Assembly (NCBI GenBank): GCA_047967505.1
Contig: CM106538.1
Source of the DNA: Dipteris shenzhenensis
Lineage: Eukaryota
Direction: 5' to 3' (one strand)
DNA: 64,000 nucleotides
Position 1 is the stretch's first letter. Each line of letters opens with the position of its first letter. This document shows, piece after piece, positions 25,530 to 35,526 of the stretch. The position numbers were made by a program, and so were the translations under genes. The notes under the pieces are model-generated. The model ran no database searches and was not told where the DNA came from. It saw nothing but the letters and a program-made list of their open reading frames with translations.

Positions 25530-27556
25530 CCCAATTCCTGCACACCAAGCAGGTTTCTGAATTTGCGTAGCTTCTCTGTACCCATCCATCATAAAAAACA
25601 TCTCTGCTCACTGTAAACTTACAAATAGAAGGATTATAGCATCTATACCCTTTCTGCTACAAAGAATAACCAATAAAGATGCACTTCTCAGCTTTTGGAT
25701 CCAACTTGGATCTCAACTCATTTGGCACATGAACATATGCAATGCAACCAAAAACTTTCAAATGAGAAATATCTAGTTTCCTACCAGTAAACCTCTCCTC
25801 TGGCATCATGCCATGTATTGCTGCAATGGGAGTCCTGTTCATTATGTAGACTACTGTAGCAACTGCTTCAGCCCAATAATAATCTAGTAGGTCTTTTGCG
25901 TTAAGCATGGCACAAGATACCTCTCCAATATTCCTGTTTTTCCTTTCTATAAGTCCATTTTGCTGTGGGATATGACTGCATGAATATTGCTGCTTTATGC
26001 CATGCACGTGCAGGAACCTTGCAAACTCATTTGAGAGGTACTCTCCCCCTCCATCTGACCTTAGGCATTTTATTTACAAGCATGTTTCTTTTTCAACCAT
26101 AGCTTTAAAAGCTTTGAAATGCCCAAACTCTTCACTTTTCTTTTTCATAAGATACACCCAAACTTTTTGTTGTAGTCATCAATAAAAGTGACAAAATAAT
26201 GACAGCCTCCAATAGATGCAACTTTAGTAGTCCACACATCAGAGTGGATTAATTCCAATGGCCTCTTACTCTCTTGAACATATCTAGGAAATGGTTTCTT
26301 GCCTGTTTTCCAAATTGATAGGCTTCACATACCTTATGCATTTCTACAACCTTGAACTTAGGCAATCCTACAACAATATTTTGGGCTTGCATTAATTTAA
26401 GTCGATGTACATTAACATGACCAATGCATTTATGCCAAATATCAATATTTGCAATTACACTGGTCCCATGTACCAACATTGCTGCACTCAATTCAGGCAT
26501 GTCCGCATCCAACATAAACATCCTACCCTTCTTCTTCCCTTTTGCTATCAAGCGACCTTTATTTTTCATATCCTCAACAAAGCATCCATGAGGATTAAAT
26601 ATGACCTGCAAGCCCTACTTAACCATTTGACCAATAGAAACCAGGTTCTTGGTGATATTTGGGACATGAAATACATCAGACAGGTATTTCTTTTTTCCAT
26701 CCTACATAGACAAAGGAATTTTACCAATCTGCACAATAGGATGTGCAGTATCATCACCAGTCTCCACAAATCCTGGTCTTTTCATTTTTCTTGCATCCTG
26801 CATCCATTCTACGTGACCTATCATGTGGTTTGATGCACCTGAGTCAACATACCACACATCATTGCTTTCTTCTACACTTGTCATAGAATTGGTCATGTGC
26901 TGCACCATAAACAGATGCTCATTTCTGCCATCACCCTGTCTACTAGAGGATGCATAATTGCCTTGCTGCAATTTTCTAGTCATGATGTCATTCTTCTTTT
27001 TATAGCAGTCTTTAACCATATGACCCATTTTACCACATTAGTAGCATTCAACATTGTTGTTTTCATTTTGGCCTCTTTGCCATCCACCACAACCTCTTTG
27101 ACTCCCACGTCCTCCTCCATAGGACTGATTTTCTTGAATTTGTTGCATATTATGATTTTTGCCATGGCCTCCAAATCAGCCTACTCTACCTCTGCCTCTA
27201 CCTCTTCTAGCATTTGAGTAGAAGACAGCTTCTTTTGAAGTTCCTCTTGAAGAAGATGCACCACCATTTCTCTACTCTTCAGAAATTAGAAGAGCAATCA
27301 ACTCCTCAAAATCAGGAAAATTCTAATGGATAGCAATGGATGTCTGGAATTGTGCATAATCCTTTCCTTAACCATTCAAGGTCATAGAACTAAATCATCA
27401 TCTTCCACTGGTGACCCAATAGAAGCAAGTGCATCTGCAATCTTCTTCACCTTCATGTGGTAGTCATTAATGCTCATATTTTGTCTCTACACATTATGCA
27501 GCTCCTACTTGAGTTGCATTTTCCTGGCTTGTGTATTTGTGCTATACATTTTTGTC
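25530..27556 (-). pseudogene. D gag-protease-integrase remnant fused to the last RNase H codons
   Basis: GHMVKDC, WYVDSGASNHM, IWHKCIGHVN, PQQNGLIERKNR, KLDPKAEKCIFIGYS; jumps near 25583 to ..GTEKLRKFRNLLG. Confidence 0.9.
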
Positions 27557-27561
27557 AAAGT

Positions 27562-27818
27562 TGACAAAATATAAAGAGGGGAGAGGAGAAGAGTGGAGAT
27601 GAGGAGAGAGGGCATAGCGAGAGAGCACACCACAAATGACTAACTATACACTAGATTTAGTTGAAAAAATAGAATATATACAAACCCATTTAGGGTTAGG
27701 GTTAGGGGATCTAACCCTTTCCTTTATAGCACTCTATAAGGTTAGTACTATGCACATATGATCACATGATGGTGCTATGCACACATGATCACATGATGTT
27801 GAGCATGAACTCTCAACA
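27562..27818 (-). repeat. 3' LTR of C2
   Basis: TGACAAAA..TCTCAACA, adjacent to PPT (ccttccctc on +). Confidence 0.95.
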
Positions 27819-28178
27819 CCTTCCCTCAAGGTCAACATCATGAAGTAGGCCTTCCCTCAAGATGATGATTCTAGGGAATCGAAGAAAGACTGAGCATTAC
27901 ATTCCATCACACCCCTTTAATGGGAATGTCCTTCCTTTGCATCAAACCAAGAGCTAGTCGGTGTTTCTCAGATAGCTCTTTACCGAGTGGTTTGGCAAAG
28001 ATGTCTGCAACATTCTCTTTGCTATCACAATGCTGTAGTGTGATGTCACCAAGTAACACTCTTTCTCTGATGAAGTGCTCTCTGACATCAATGTGCTTTG
28101 TCCTGGAGTGATATACACTGGATTTTTGGCCAATTCTTGAGCCGATTGATTATCACAATATATTGTTGTTGGCTTAGA

Positions 28179-28435
28179 TGACAAAATATGAAGAGGGGAG
28201 AGGAGAAGAGTGGAGATGAGGAGAGAGGGCACAGCTAGAGAGCACACCACAAATGACTAACTGTACACTAGAATTAGTTGAAAAAATAGAATATATACAA
28301 ACCCTTTTAGGGTTAGGGTTAGGGAAGCTAACCCTTTCCTTTATAGCACTCTATAAGGTTAGTGCTATGCACATATGATCACGTGATGGTGCTATGCACA
28401 CATGATCACATGATGTTGAGCATGAACTCTCAACA
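28179..28435 (-). repeat. 3' LTR of C1
   Basis: Near-identical to 35265-35521. Confidence 0.97.
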
Positions 28436-28523
28436 CCTTCCCTCAAGATCAACATCATGAAGTAGGCCTTCCCTCAAGATGATGATTCTGGGGAATCGAA
28501 GAAGGACTGAGCATTACATTCCA

Positions 28524-31500
28524 TCACACCCCTTTAATGGGAATGTCCTTCGTCTGCATCAAACCAAGAGCTAGTCGGTGTTTCTCGAATAGCTCTTTAC
28601 CGAGTGGTTTGGTAAAGATGTCTGCAACATTTTCTTTGCTATCACAATGCTGCAGTGTGATGTCACCAAGTAACACTCTTTCTCTGATGAAGTGCTCTCT
28701 GACATCAATGTGCTTTGTTCTGGAGTGATATACTGGATTTTTGGCCAATGCTTGAGCCGATTGATTATCACAGTATATTGTTGTTGGCTTTGACTCATCA
28801 AAGTAATCTATTTCTGACAATAGTCTTCTGAGCCATATAGCCTCACATGCACCTGTAGTGAGTGCCCTATATTCTGCTTCAGTCGAAGACAAAGAAACAG
28901 TTGGCTGTTTGTTTGACAACCATGATATAGCACCTTGACCAAGGAAGAATGCATATCCCTGTGTCGATCTCCTGGTCTCATGATCTCCAGCATAGTCACT
29001 ATCACAGTATCCATGCAACCGTGGATGACTTCCTCTGTATTCTATCCCAAATTGTCTTGTACCTCTGATGTATCTCAAGACTCTTTTGGCTGCATTCCAG
29101 TGAGACTGTTTTGGATTTGCCATAAATTGTGCTAGTGAGCTTACTGCATAACAAATATCTGGCCGTGTGATTGTCAGATATATAAGAGATCCAATGAGTT
29201 GCCTGTAGTATCTGTCATTGACTGTAGGCTTTTCTGAATCTTTAGTAAGTTTCAAACTCTGTTCCATGGGAGTGGCTGCAATCTTGCAATCTGCCATATG
29301 AAACTTCTTCAGGAGACTGTCAACATATTTGAGCTGACTCATGAATGTGCTATCTGAATCTCTCCAGAACTCAATTCCAAGACAATAGTGCATAAGTCCA
29401 AGATCTTTCATGTCGAACTCTGCAGATAAGTCTTGTTTTAGCTTTCTGATGAAGCTATCCTTGCTTCCTGTCACAATCAGATCATCTACGTACAAAAGTG
29501 CAATAGTAATATCCTCCCCTTGAACTTTGTAGTAGAGAGTATGATCTGCATTGGACTTCATGTATCCCAGATCAGCAAAATGCTTGTCAATCCTGTTGTA
29601 CCAACTTCTGGGTGCTTGCTTTAAGCCATAGAGACTTTTCTTGAGATGGCAAACCTTGTTCTCCTGTCCTGGTTCAACATAACTGGCTGGTTGTTGCATG
29701 TAGACTTTTTCGTCTAGATAACCATTGAGAAATGCATTCTTGACATCGAGCTGATACACATTCCATTTACTGAGTGTTGCTAGTGATATCAAGAACCGTA
29801 TGGAATCCATCTTTGCTACTGGAGCATAAGTCTCATCATAATCTTGACCATATTGTTGTGCAAATCCTTTTGCAACTAATCTGGCTTTGTATCTCTGAAT
29901 ACTGCCATCTGGATTGTACTTCACTTTGTATACCCATTTGTTGGCTATGGCCTTCTTTCCTGGTGGAAGGTCGCATAATTCCCAAGTGTTATTTTTATAC
30001 AAAGCATCCATTTCTTCATTCATTGCAGTTTGCCATTCTGGCTTATCTACTGCGTCTTCGAAGTACACTGGCTCTTCTGTAGCCATGATGGTAGTCATAA
30101 GAGCATAGTTGGTGGTTTCCACCTGAATTGCTAATCTGGCTGGTGGTCTGCTTTCCCTAGTAGACCGTCTGAGCTGCTGTGACGCTGATTGGGGTGTTGC
30201 TGGCAATTCTTGCTCTTCTTCATCAACCTGTTCTGTAGATGACTGTGAAGTCGATGCTTCTATCTCCTGTGTAGGTAAGGTTTTCCATTCTGATTCCTCA
30301 TCGAAGATTACATCTCTGGAGATAATGACTTTGCGGTTGATGGGATCATACAATTTGTATGCTTTACTTTCTTCACTGTAGCCAACCATGATGCATTTGC
30401 GTGACTTCGCATCCAATTTCCTGCGATGATCATCATGTATGTGGGCATATGCTATGCAACCAAATATGCGGAGATGCCCAATGCGTGGCTTGTGTCCAGT
30501 GAATGCTTCATAAGGAGTCATACCTTGTATCGGTTCGGTAGGAAGCCGATTAAGCAAGTAGTTAGCTGTAGCTATTGCTTCTGCCCAATACTGATTCGGA
30601 AGATGCTTTTCACTAAGCATTGCTTTAGCACTGTCTGCTAAAGTCCCATTCTTCCTTTCAGCTATTGCATTTTGCTGAGGAGTATCTGCACATGTGAATT
30701 GTCTTCGAATGCCGTGAGTTTTGCAAAAGTTCATGAAGGCTGAAGACATGTATTCATCTCCTCTGTCTGATCTCATGACCTTGATTTTTCTGCCTGTCTG
30801 GTTTTCTACCATGGCTTTGAATTCTTGAAATCTGGCAAACACTTCAGATTTTTCTTTCAGAAAGTAGACCCAACAATATCTGCTGTAGTCGTCGATGAAG
30901 GTCAAGTAATAAAGTGAACCATTGATGCTGCGGGTCTGGGCATAACCCCATACATCTGTATGAATTAAATCAAGAATACCTCGTGCACGAGAGGTACTTC
31001 TGACAAAGTTGGTTCGCTTTTGTTTGCCGAAGCAGCATGCTTCACAAACCTTTCCAAGAAACTGTAGCTTCGGAATCCCAATTGCCATATTTTGATTCCT
31101 TAGATCTAACAAGTACTTGAAGTTGACATGACCATATCTCTTGTGCCATTTTGCAGATAGTGGCATCTGTTGCATTTGAGCTGACATGGCATGTTTATCT
31201 GGTACTATAGCTAGCATCCTGTATAAGCGTCCTTCCTTGACACCTTTTGCTACTAGCTGACCTCTTTTGGATTTGTCTCTGATAGTGCATTCATCACCGT
31301 CGAAGATGACTTTGTAGTTGTGTTCCGTCATTTGACCTACTGACAAAAGTTTCTTGCTGAGCTTCGGAACATAGAGCACATCTTTGACTAATCCTTTTGT
31401 ACCAGTGAAATTGTTCATAGGGATAACTCCTGTCCCTTGAACCGGATTCGGTGTATTGTCTGCTGTATAGATGACATTCTTTTGACCTTCTAATGGCTTC

Positions 31501-31850
31501 ATTTCTGTGAACCATTCCTGATGATTTGTCATATGAGATGATGCACCGCTGTCGATGTACCAAGGATCCTGTTCCACTTGGTCGACTTGATAGCTGAAAT
31601 CTTCTTTGGGATTGAAATCAGTGTCTAGGTGCATTGTATCAGTCTGATGCAATTCCTCACTTGCAAGAAACATATTTCCATGTTCATTTGCAAAATGACT
31701 GTGACTAGAATGTCCACCACGATGATTTCCTCTTCCTCGGGAATTCCCTCTATTACTGTTGGATTGACCGCCTTGGTCATACTGCTTCTTGCGGCAATCT
31801 CTTTCATAGTGCCCAAACTTGTGACAATAGTTGCATTGAATGTTTGACAC
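28524..31850 (-). CDS. pol: Copia polyprotein (Zn knuckle, protease, integrase, RT, RNase H); open frame of 1108 aa
   Basis: CNYCHKFGHYERDC, WYIDSGASSHM, IHTDVWG, TPQQNAIAE, QLDVKNAFLNG, LYVDDL, YCDSDYAG, ADIFTK. Confidence 0.95.
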   Translation of the reverse strand: MSNIQCNYCHKFGHYERDCRKKQYDQGGQSNSNRGNSRGRGNHRGGHSSHSHFANEHGNMFLASEELHQTDTMHLDTDFNPKEDFSYQVDQVEQDPWYIDSGASSHMTNHQEWFTEMKPLEGQKNVIYTADNTPNPVQGTGVIPMNNFTGTKGLVKDVLYVPKLSKKLLSVGQMTEHNYKVIFDGDECTIRDKSKRGQLVAKGVKEGRLYRMLAIVPDKHAMSAQMQQMPLSAKWHKRYGHVNFKYLLDLRNQNMAIGIPKLQFLGKVCEACCFGKQKRTNFVRSTSRARGILDLIHTDVWGYAQTRSINGSLYYLTFIDDYSRYCWVYFLKEKSEVFARFQEFKAMVENQTGRKIKVMRSDRGDEYMSSAFMNFCKTHGIRRQFTCADTPQQNAIAERKNGTLADSAKAMLSEKHLPNQYWAEAIATANYLLNRLPTEPIQGMTPYEAFTGHKPRIGHLRIFGCIAYAHIHDDHRRKLDAKSRKCIMVGYSEESKAYKLYDPINRKVIISRDVIFDEESEWKTLPTQEIEASTSQSSTEQVDEEEQELPATPQSASQQLRRSTRESRPPARLAIQVETTNYALMTTIMATEEPVYFEDAVDKPEWQTAMNEEMDALYKNNTWELCDLPPGKKAIANKWVYKVKYNPDGSIQRYKARLVAKGFAQQYGQDYDETYAPVAKMDSIRFLISLATLSKWNVYQLDVKNAFLNGYLDEKVYMQQPASYVEPGQENKVCHLKKSLYGLKQAPRSWYNRIDKHFADLGYMKSNADHTLYYKVQGEDITIALLYVDDLIVTGSKDSFIRKLKQDLSAEFDMKDLGLMHYCLGIEFWRDSDSTFMSQLKYVDSLLKKFHMADCKIAATPMEQSLKLTKDSEKPTVNDRYYRQLIGSLIYLTITRPDICYAVSSLAQFMANPKQSHWNAAKRVLRYIRGTRQFGIEYRGSHPRLHGYCDSDYAGDHETRRSTQGYAFFLGQGAISWLSNKQPTVSLSSTEAEYRALTTGACEAIWLRRLLSEIDYFDESKPTTIYCDNQSAQALAKNPVYHSRTKHIDVREHFIRERVLLGDITLQHCDSKENVADIFTKPLGKELFEKHRLALGLMQTKDIPIKGV

Positions 31851-32760
31851 ATTGGTGGATGCATTCCCTCGTCCTTGGAATCTTCCTCTGTTGGAATGAT
31901 TTCCTCTTTGCTGATTTTGATGTTGCTGAGGATGCTGCTGATGCTGATGCTGATTCTGACTTTGATTTTGACCACTTTTCTGATATGATCTACCTCTGTT
32001 TCTGCCTTTGCCTCTGCTTCTGTCTGAAGCTGTGAATGCCTGATCATTACAATGACCTTTACGTGCTTGAATGGCCTAAATCCTGAGTTCTTCACCAAGT
32101 AGAACTGACTGAAGTTCTTCAAGTGTTGGAATTTGCCGTTGGATGGCAATACTCTGGACCAGATTCTCATATCCTTCTCCTAGTCCATTCAGGATTACTT
32201 GAACCATTTCTGCGGGATTCATAGTTTCTCCTGCTGCTGCAAGTTGATTGTTGTAGTCTTTGATGCGGAGTACATAAGCATGACCAGTTTCATTGCTATT
32301 GCGGAAACTCTGGTTGATCTGGTTTCTCAGGGTGAGAATCCTGGATGTGTTCTTGGACTCGTAGAGAGCTGCGAACATATCCCATGCTTCTTTTGATGTC
32401 TTGACTGTGTTGAGCTGTCCTAGCATGACATCTTGCACATTCTACTTGATCAGGTGATAGGCATACTTATCTTTCTTATCCCATTCTGCTTGAGCTCGGG
32501 CAATGGCAGGATCTGCTACTGGTGCGGAAACTGTTTGTGTAGATGTAGATCCCGATGTAGATCCCGTTGCTGGTGCTGTGACAACAGATGGAGTAGAGCT
32601 ACTCGTGGCTGGATCGGCCAATGGTCTAGGTATGGAACCATCAACATACTCCCATTTGTCCTGAAGCACAAGAATGGTCTCCATTCGGTATTTCCATGTA
32701 CCGTAATTGGAGTTGTCTAACTTAGCAGATGCCTCTAGATTGAGGTTGCTAGTCGACATG
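31851..32760 (-). pseudogene. gag: C1 gag, in frame with pol but with two TAG stops (32442-32444, 32076-32078)
   Basis: MSTSNLNLEASAKLDNSNYGTWKYRME..HLIK*NVQD..EELRI*AIQ.. Confidence 0.88.
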
Positions 32761-33650
32761 GTGCAAACAATGTACTCAAAAGTGTCCTGAAAAAACTCTG
32801 TATGAATCAACTGCAAATACACTGAAGATGCCAAGTGAAATCTCTGTACCGTCGGTGAAGATAGAACTGCAGTAAATAAGATCTGACCTGTGTTACAAGG
32901 CTTGTGGCAATGATGCCGGGAATAGCCAAGAGGCTTTACAAGGCTGAAAAATGATGTGCACGATGCCGTGAGATAGCCAAATAGGCTTTACAATGGTGGC
33001 ATGTGTGTCTGAAATCAAGTGCTATCTGCCCACTGAATCAATCTGCAATGCCTCTGAACTCTGAAGTCTGCTCACTGAACTGATGAACGTAAGATTTCAG
33101 GTAATGTAATGATGTGAAATCGGATGTGAGCGTATGGACTGACTCCGAGTAGGTACTAGTCGGGAATTTTGGGCATGGCTTAGATTGGCAACTTGGGGAA
33201 TTCAAAGCGTCCCCTCTATGGCGATCTAGTCTACTCTGATCTAGATCTAAACCAACCGTCGATCGATGAAAGAGCAGCAAATAATTCCTTTTCCTTTGTT
33301 CTTTTTAAGTGCTGGGTCAGATGCGTCGATGTAGAGGCAAATGTGCGTGAAGGAAGTGGTTTTGTCGGCGAAGCTCAAATGTGAGTGTAACTTGCGCCGA
33401 AATGTGCGCGTGATGTAACGAGCGCGTAGAGCACAAAAAATCGAGCGACTTTCCTTTTTGGAGCACCCTCAAATTCTTCCTGGATCAAGAGATATGACTT
33501 GATCTAGGTGGAGGGGCAAAAGGAGTGCAAATGGTGCTCAATGATGATGTGTCACTGTGAGTCACATGCAGTGATGATGTGGCACTGTGCTTAGCAAGAG
33601 GTGTGCCAGTGAAGCTCTGTGCTGAGGTGGCAGTGCTGAGGTGTCACTGA

Positions 33651-33920
33651 TGACGTGGCACTGATGACGTGGCAGTAATGACGTGGCAGCTGACGTGGCA
33701 GTGATGACATGGCAGCTGACATGGCAGTGATGATGTGGCACAGATGACGTGGCACAAGTGACGTGGCAGATGACGTGGCCTGATGATGTGGTAGAGGTGA
33801 CGTGGTAGGTGACGTGGCAGAATGACGTGGACTGCTTACGTGGCGCTGATGATGTGGCTCCGATGGTGACGTGGCAGATAAGATTGTCTGATGACGTGGT
33901 AGATGGATAAGGGCCACGTG
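33651..33920 (+). promoter_or_regulatory. Array of about 12 TGACGTGG (Hex/ABRE-type bZIP sites) in the C1 leader
   Basis: TGACGTGG(C) repeated at 12-14-bp spacing, plus TACGTGGC and CCACGTG. Confidence 0.6.
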
Positions 33921-34538
33921 TCACAAGGAGGCCGATCGAAATCTTTGAGATTCTGACGGAATCTCAAAGATTCCGTCTTCTTCTTCGAATGAGCCGTCAA
34001 TGGAGCTGGGTTGAAGAAGCCGCCGTTCGAGGCGTTGTAGGAGGCGTCGCTCGACGAAGAGGCTTGGAGCGCTGCACGAAGGAGGTCGCCGGAGTTCGTG
34101 GGAGCTGTTCGTAGCGAGAGGAGTTGGGAGACGAGGGCGCTGTAGAAGGCTATGGCGGCCGTGGAGCTATGAATGGCGGCCGTGGAGAGCTCTTGTGAGG
34201 TCGCTGTAGTAGCTGTATCGCGTTGCACGAGCGCCCGAGACCAAGAGCTTGGGCTCTGTCTTCGTGTTGTTTTGACGGGCAAGGCTTGAAGCGAGAATGC
34301 GTGGAGGCAGAGTTCGTTTGGAGCCTTCAAGGCTTTGTTGGAGAAGACTCGTTGATGAGCTTGTTGATGGGAGCCTTCGCGGCTGTGTGCAGATGGAGGG
34401 GCGCTTCGTTGTAGCGTAAGCTTGTTGTAGCTAGGAGCTTGCACAGGGACTGTTGTCGCTCGTAGTTGATGGAGCGCAGTTGAAGTACGTGTCTCTCGTT
34501 GGAAGGCTAGGGAGCTTGGCACGCCTGAAGGTGTTGCA

Positions 34539-34844
34539 GACTATACGGCTTTGCTCCCCGATGAGTGTTTAGCTTGCATCTTTCAAAAGATGTGCGCCAC
34601 TGATCGCAATCAGTGCTCTCTTGTATGCAAGCGCTGGCACTCGGTGGAGGGGCAGGGACGCCAACGCCTTTCCCTCCTTGCGCACGCTGAGATTGTTTCG
34701 CATCTGCCAGCCCTCTTCACTCGATTCGACCATGTCACCAAGCTTGCTCTCAGATGCGACAGGAAGACTGCTAGCATCACTGACACGGCTCTCTTTTTAG
34801 TCGGCCGAAACTGTATCCATTTGAGGAAGCTCAAGCTCAAAGGT
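34539..34844 (+). pseudogene. Captured fragment of a VIER F-box (VFB)/SKIP2-type F-box-LRR gene, antisense inside C1
   Basis: DYTALLPDECLACIF..CSLVCKRWHSVEGQGRQRLSL..LPALFTRFDHVTKLALRCDRK..LRKLKLKG; no ATG; truncated at both ends; lies between C1 PBS and gag. Confidence 0.9.
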
Positions 34845-35252
34845 TCGTCGTTTGCAGTGGAGCTGTAGTATGTCCCTCTCCAGTCCTCAAACTCTGAAAA
34901 AAAGGACTCTTACTCCCTGGCTTTTCTTTCCATCAACAACTCTCTTTTTCTCTCAAAGACAAGATTTCCTCCTCCAAATCTCAACCTCACGGAACTCTCC
35001 CTATCTTTCTCACAAAGATAATGGATGGACAATCTCTCTCTCACTCATAATGGAAGTCCTCACAAAGAATGAACGGAATGAATAACTCTCTCAAATGACG
35101 GAAATCTCTCAAGAACAAATGACGGAAATCTTCTTCCGATGGACGGAATTTTCTCTCAACGGAAGAGAATGGAACACTCAATCTCTCTCAATCTCTCAAT
35201 CTCTCAATCACTCTCACAAGAAGGATGGCGCCTCAACGGAAGGCAGAACCAT

Positions 35253-35264
35253 GCTCTGATACCA
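35253..35264 (-). other. PBS of C1 (TGGTATCAGAGC, tRNA-iMet)
   Basis: Directly follows the 5' LTR on the minus strand. Confidence 0.95.
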
Positions 35265-35521
35265 TGACAAAATATGAAGAGGGGAGAGGAGAAGAGTGGA
35301 GATGAGGAGAGAGGGCACAGCTAGAGAGCACACCACAAATGACTAACTGTACACTAGAATTAGTTGAAAATATAGAATATATACAAACCCTTTTAGGGTT
35401 AGGGTTAGGGAAGCTAACCCTTTCCTTTATAGCACTCTATAAGGTTAGTGCTATGCACATATGATCACGTGATGGTGCTATGCACACATGATCACATGAT
35501 GTTGAGCATGAACTCTCAACA
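35265..35521 (-). repeat. 5' LTR of C1
   Basis: TG..CA termini; followed by PBS. Confidence 0.97.
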
Positions 35522-35526
35522 TTAGA

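Larger units (their letters stand above)
28179..35521 (-). mobile_element. Young full-length Ty1/Copia copy C1, inserted in RNase H of C2
   Basis: 257-bp LTRs 28179-28435 and 35265-35521 (about 1 mismatch); PBS 35253-35264; PPT 28436-28444; perfect TSD TTAGA. Confidence 0.97.

Noticed and set aside
27689-27708. Interstitial telomere
   Set aside because: Only three TTAGGG units, present as a fixed part of each family-C LTR.
34551-34868. Functional host F-box gene
   Set aside because: No ATG, most LRRs missing, and enclosed within C1's LTRs; treated as a captured fragment.
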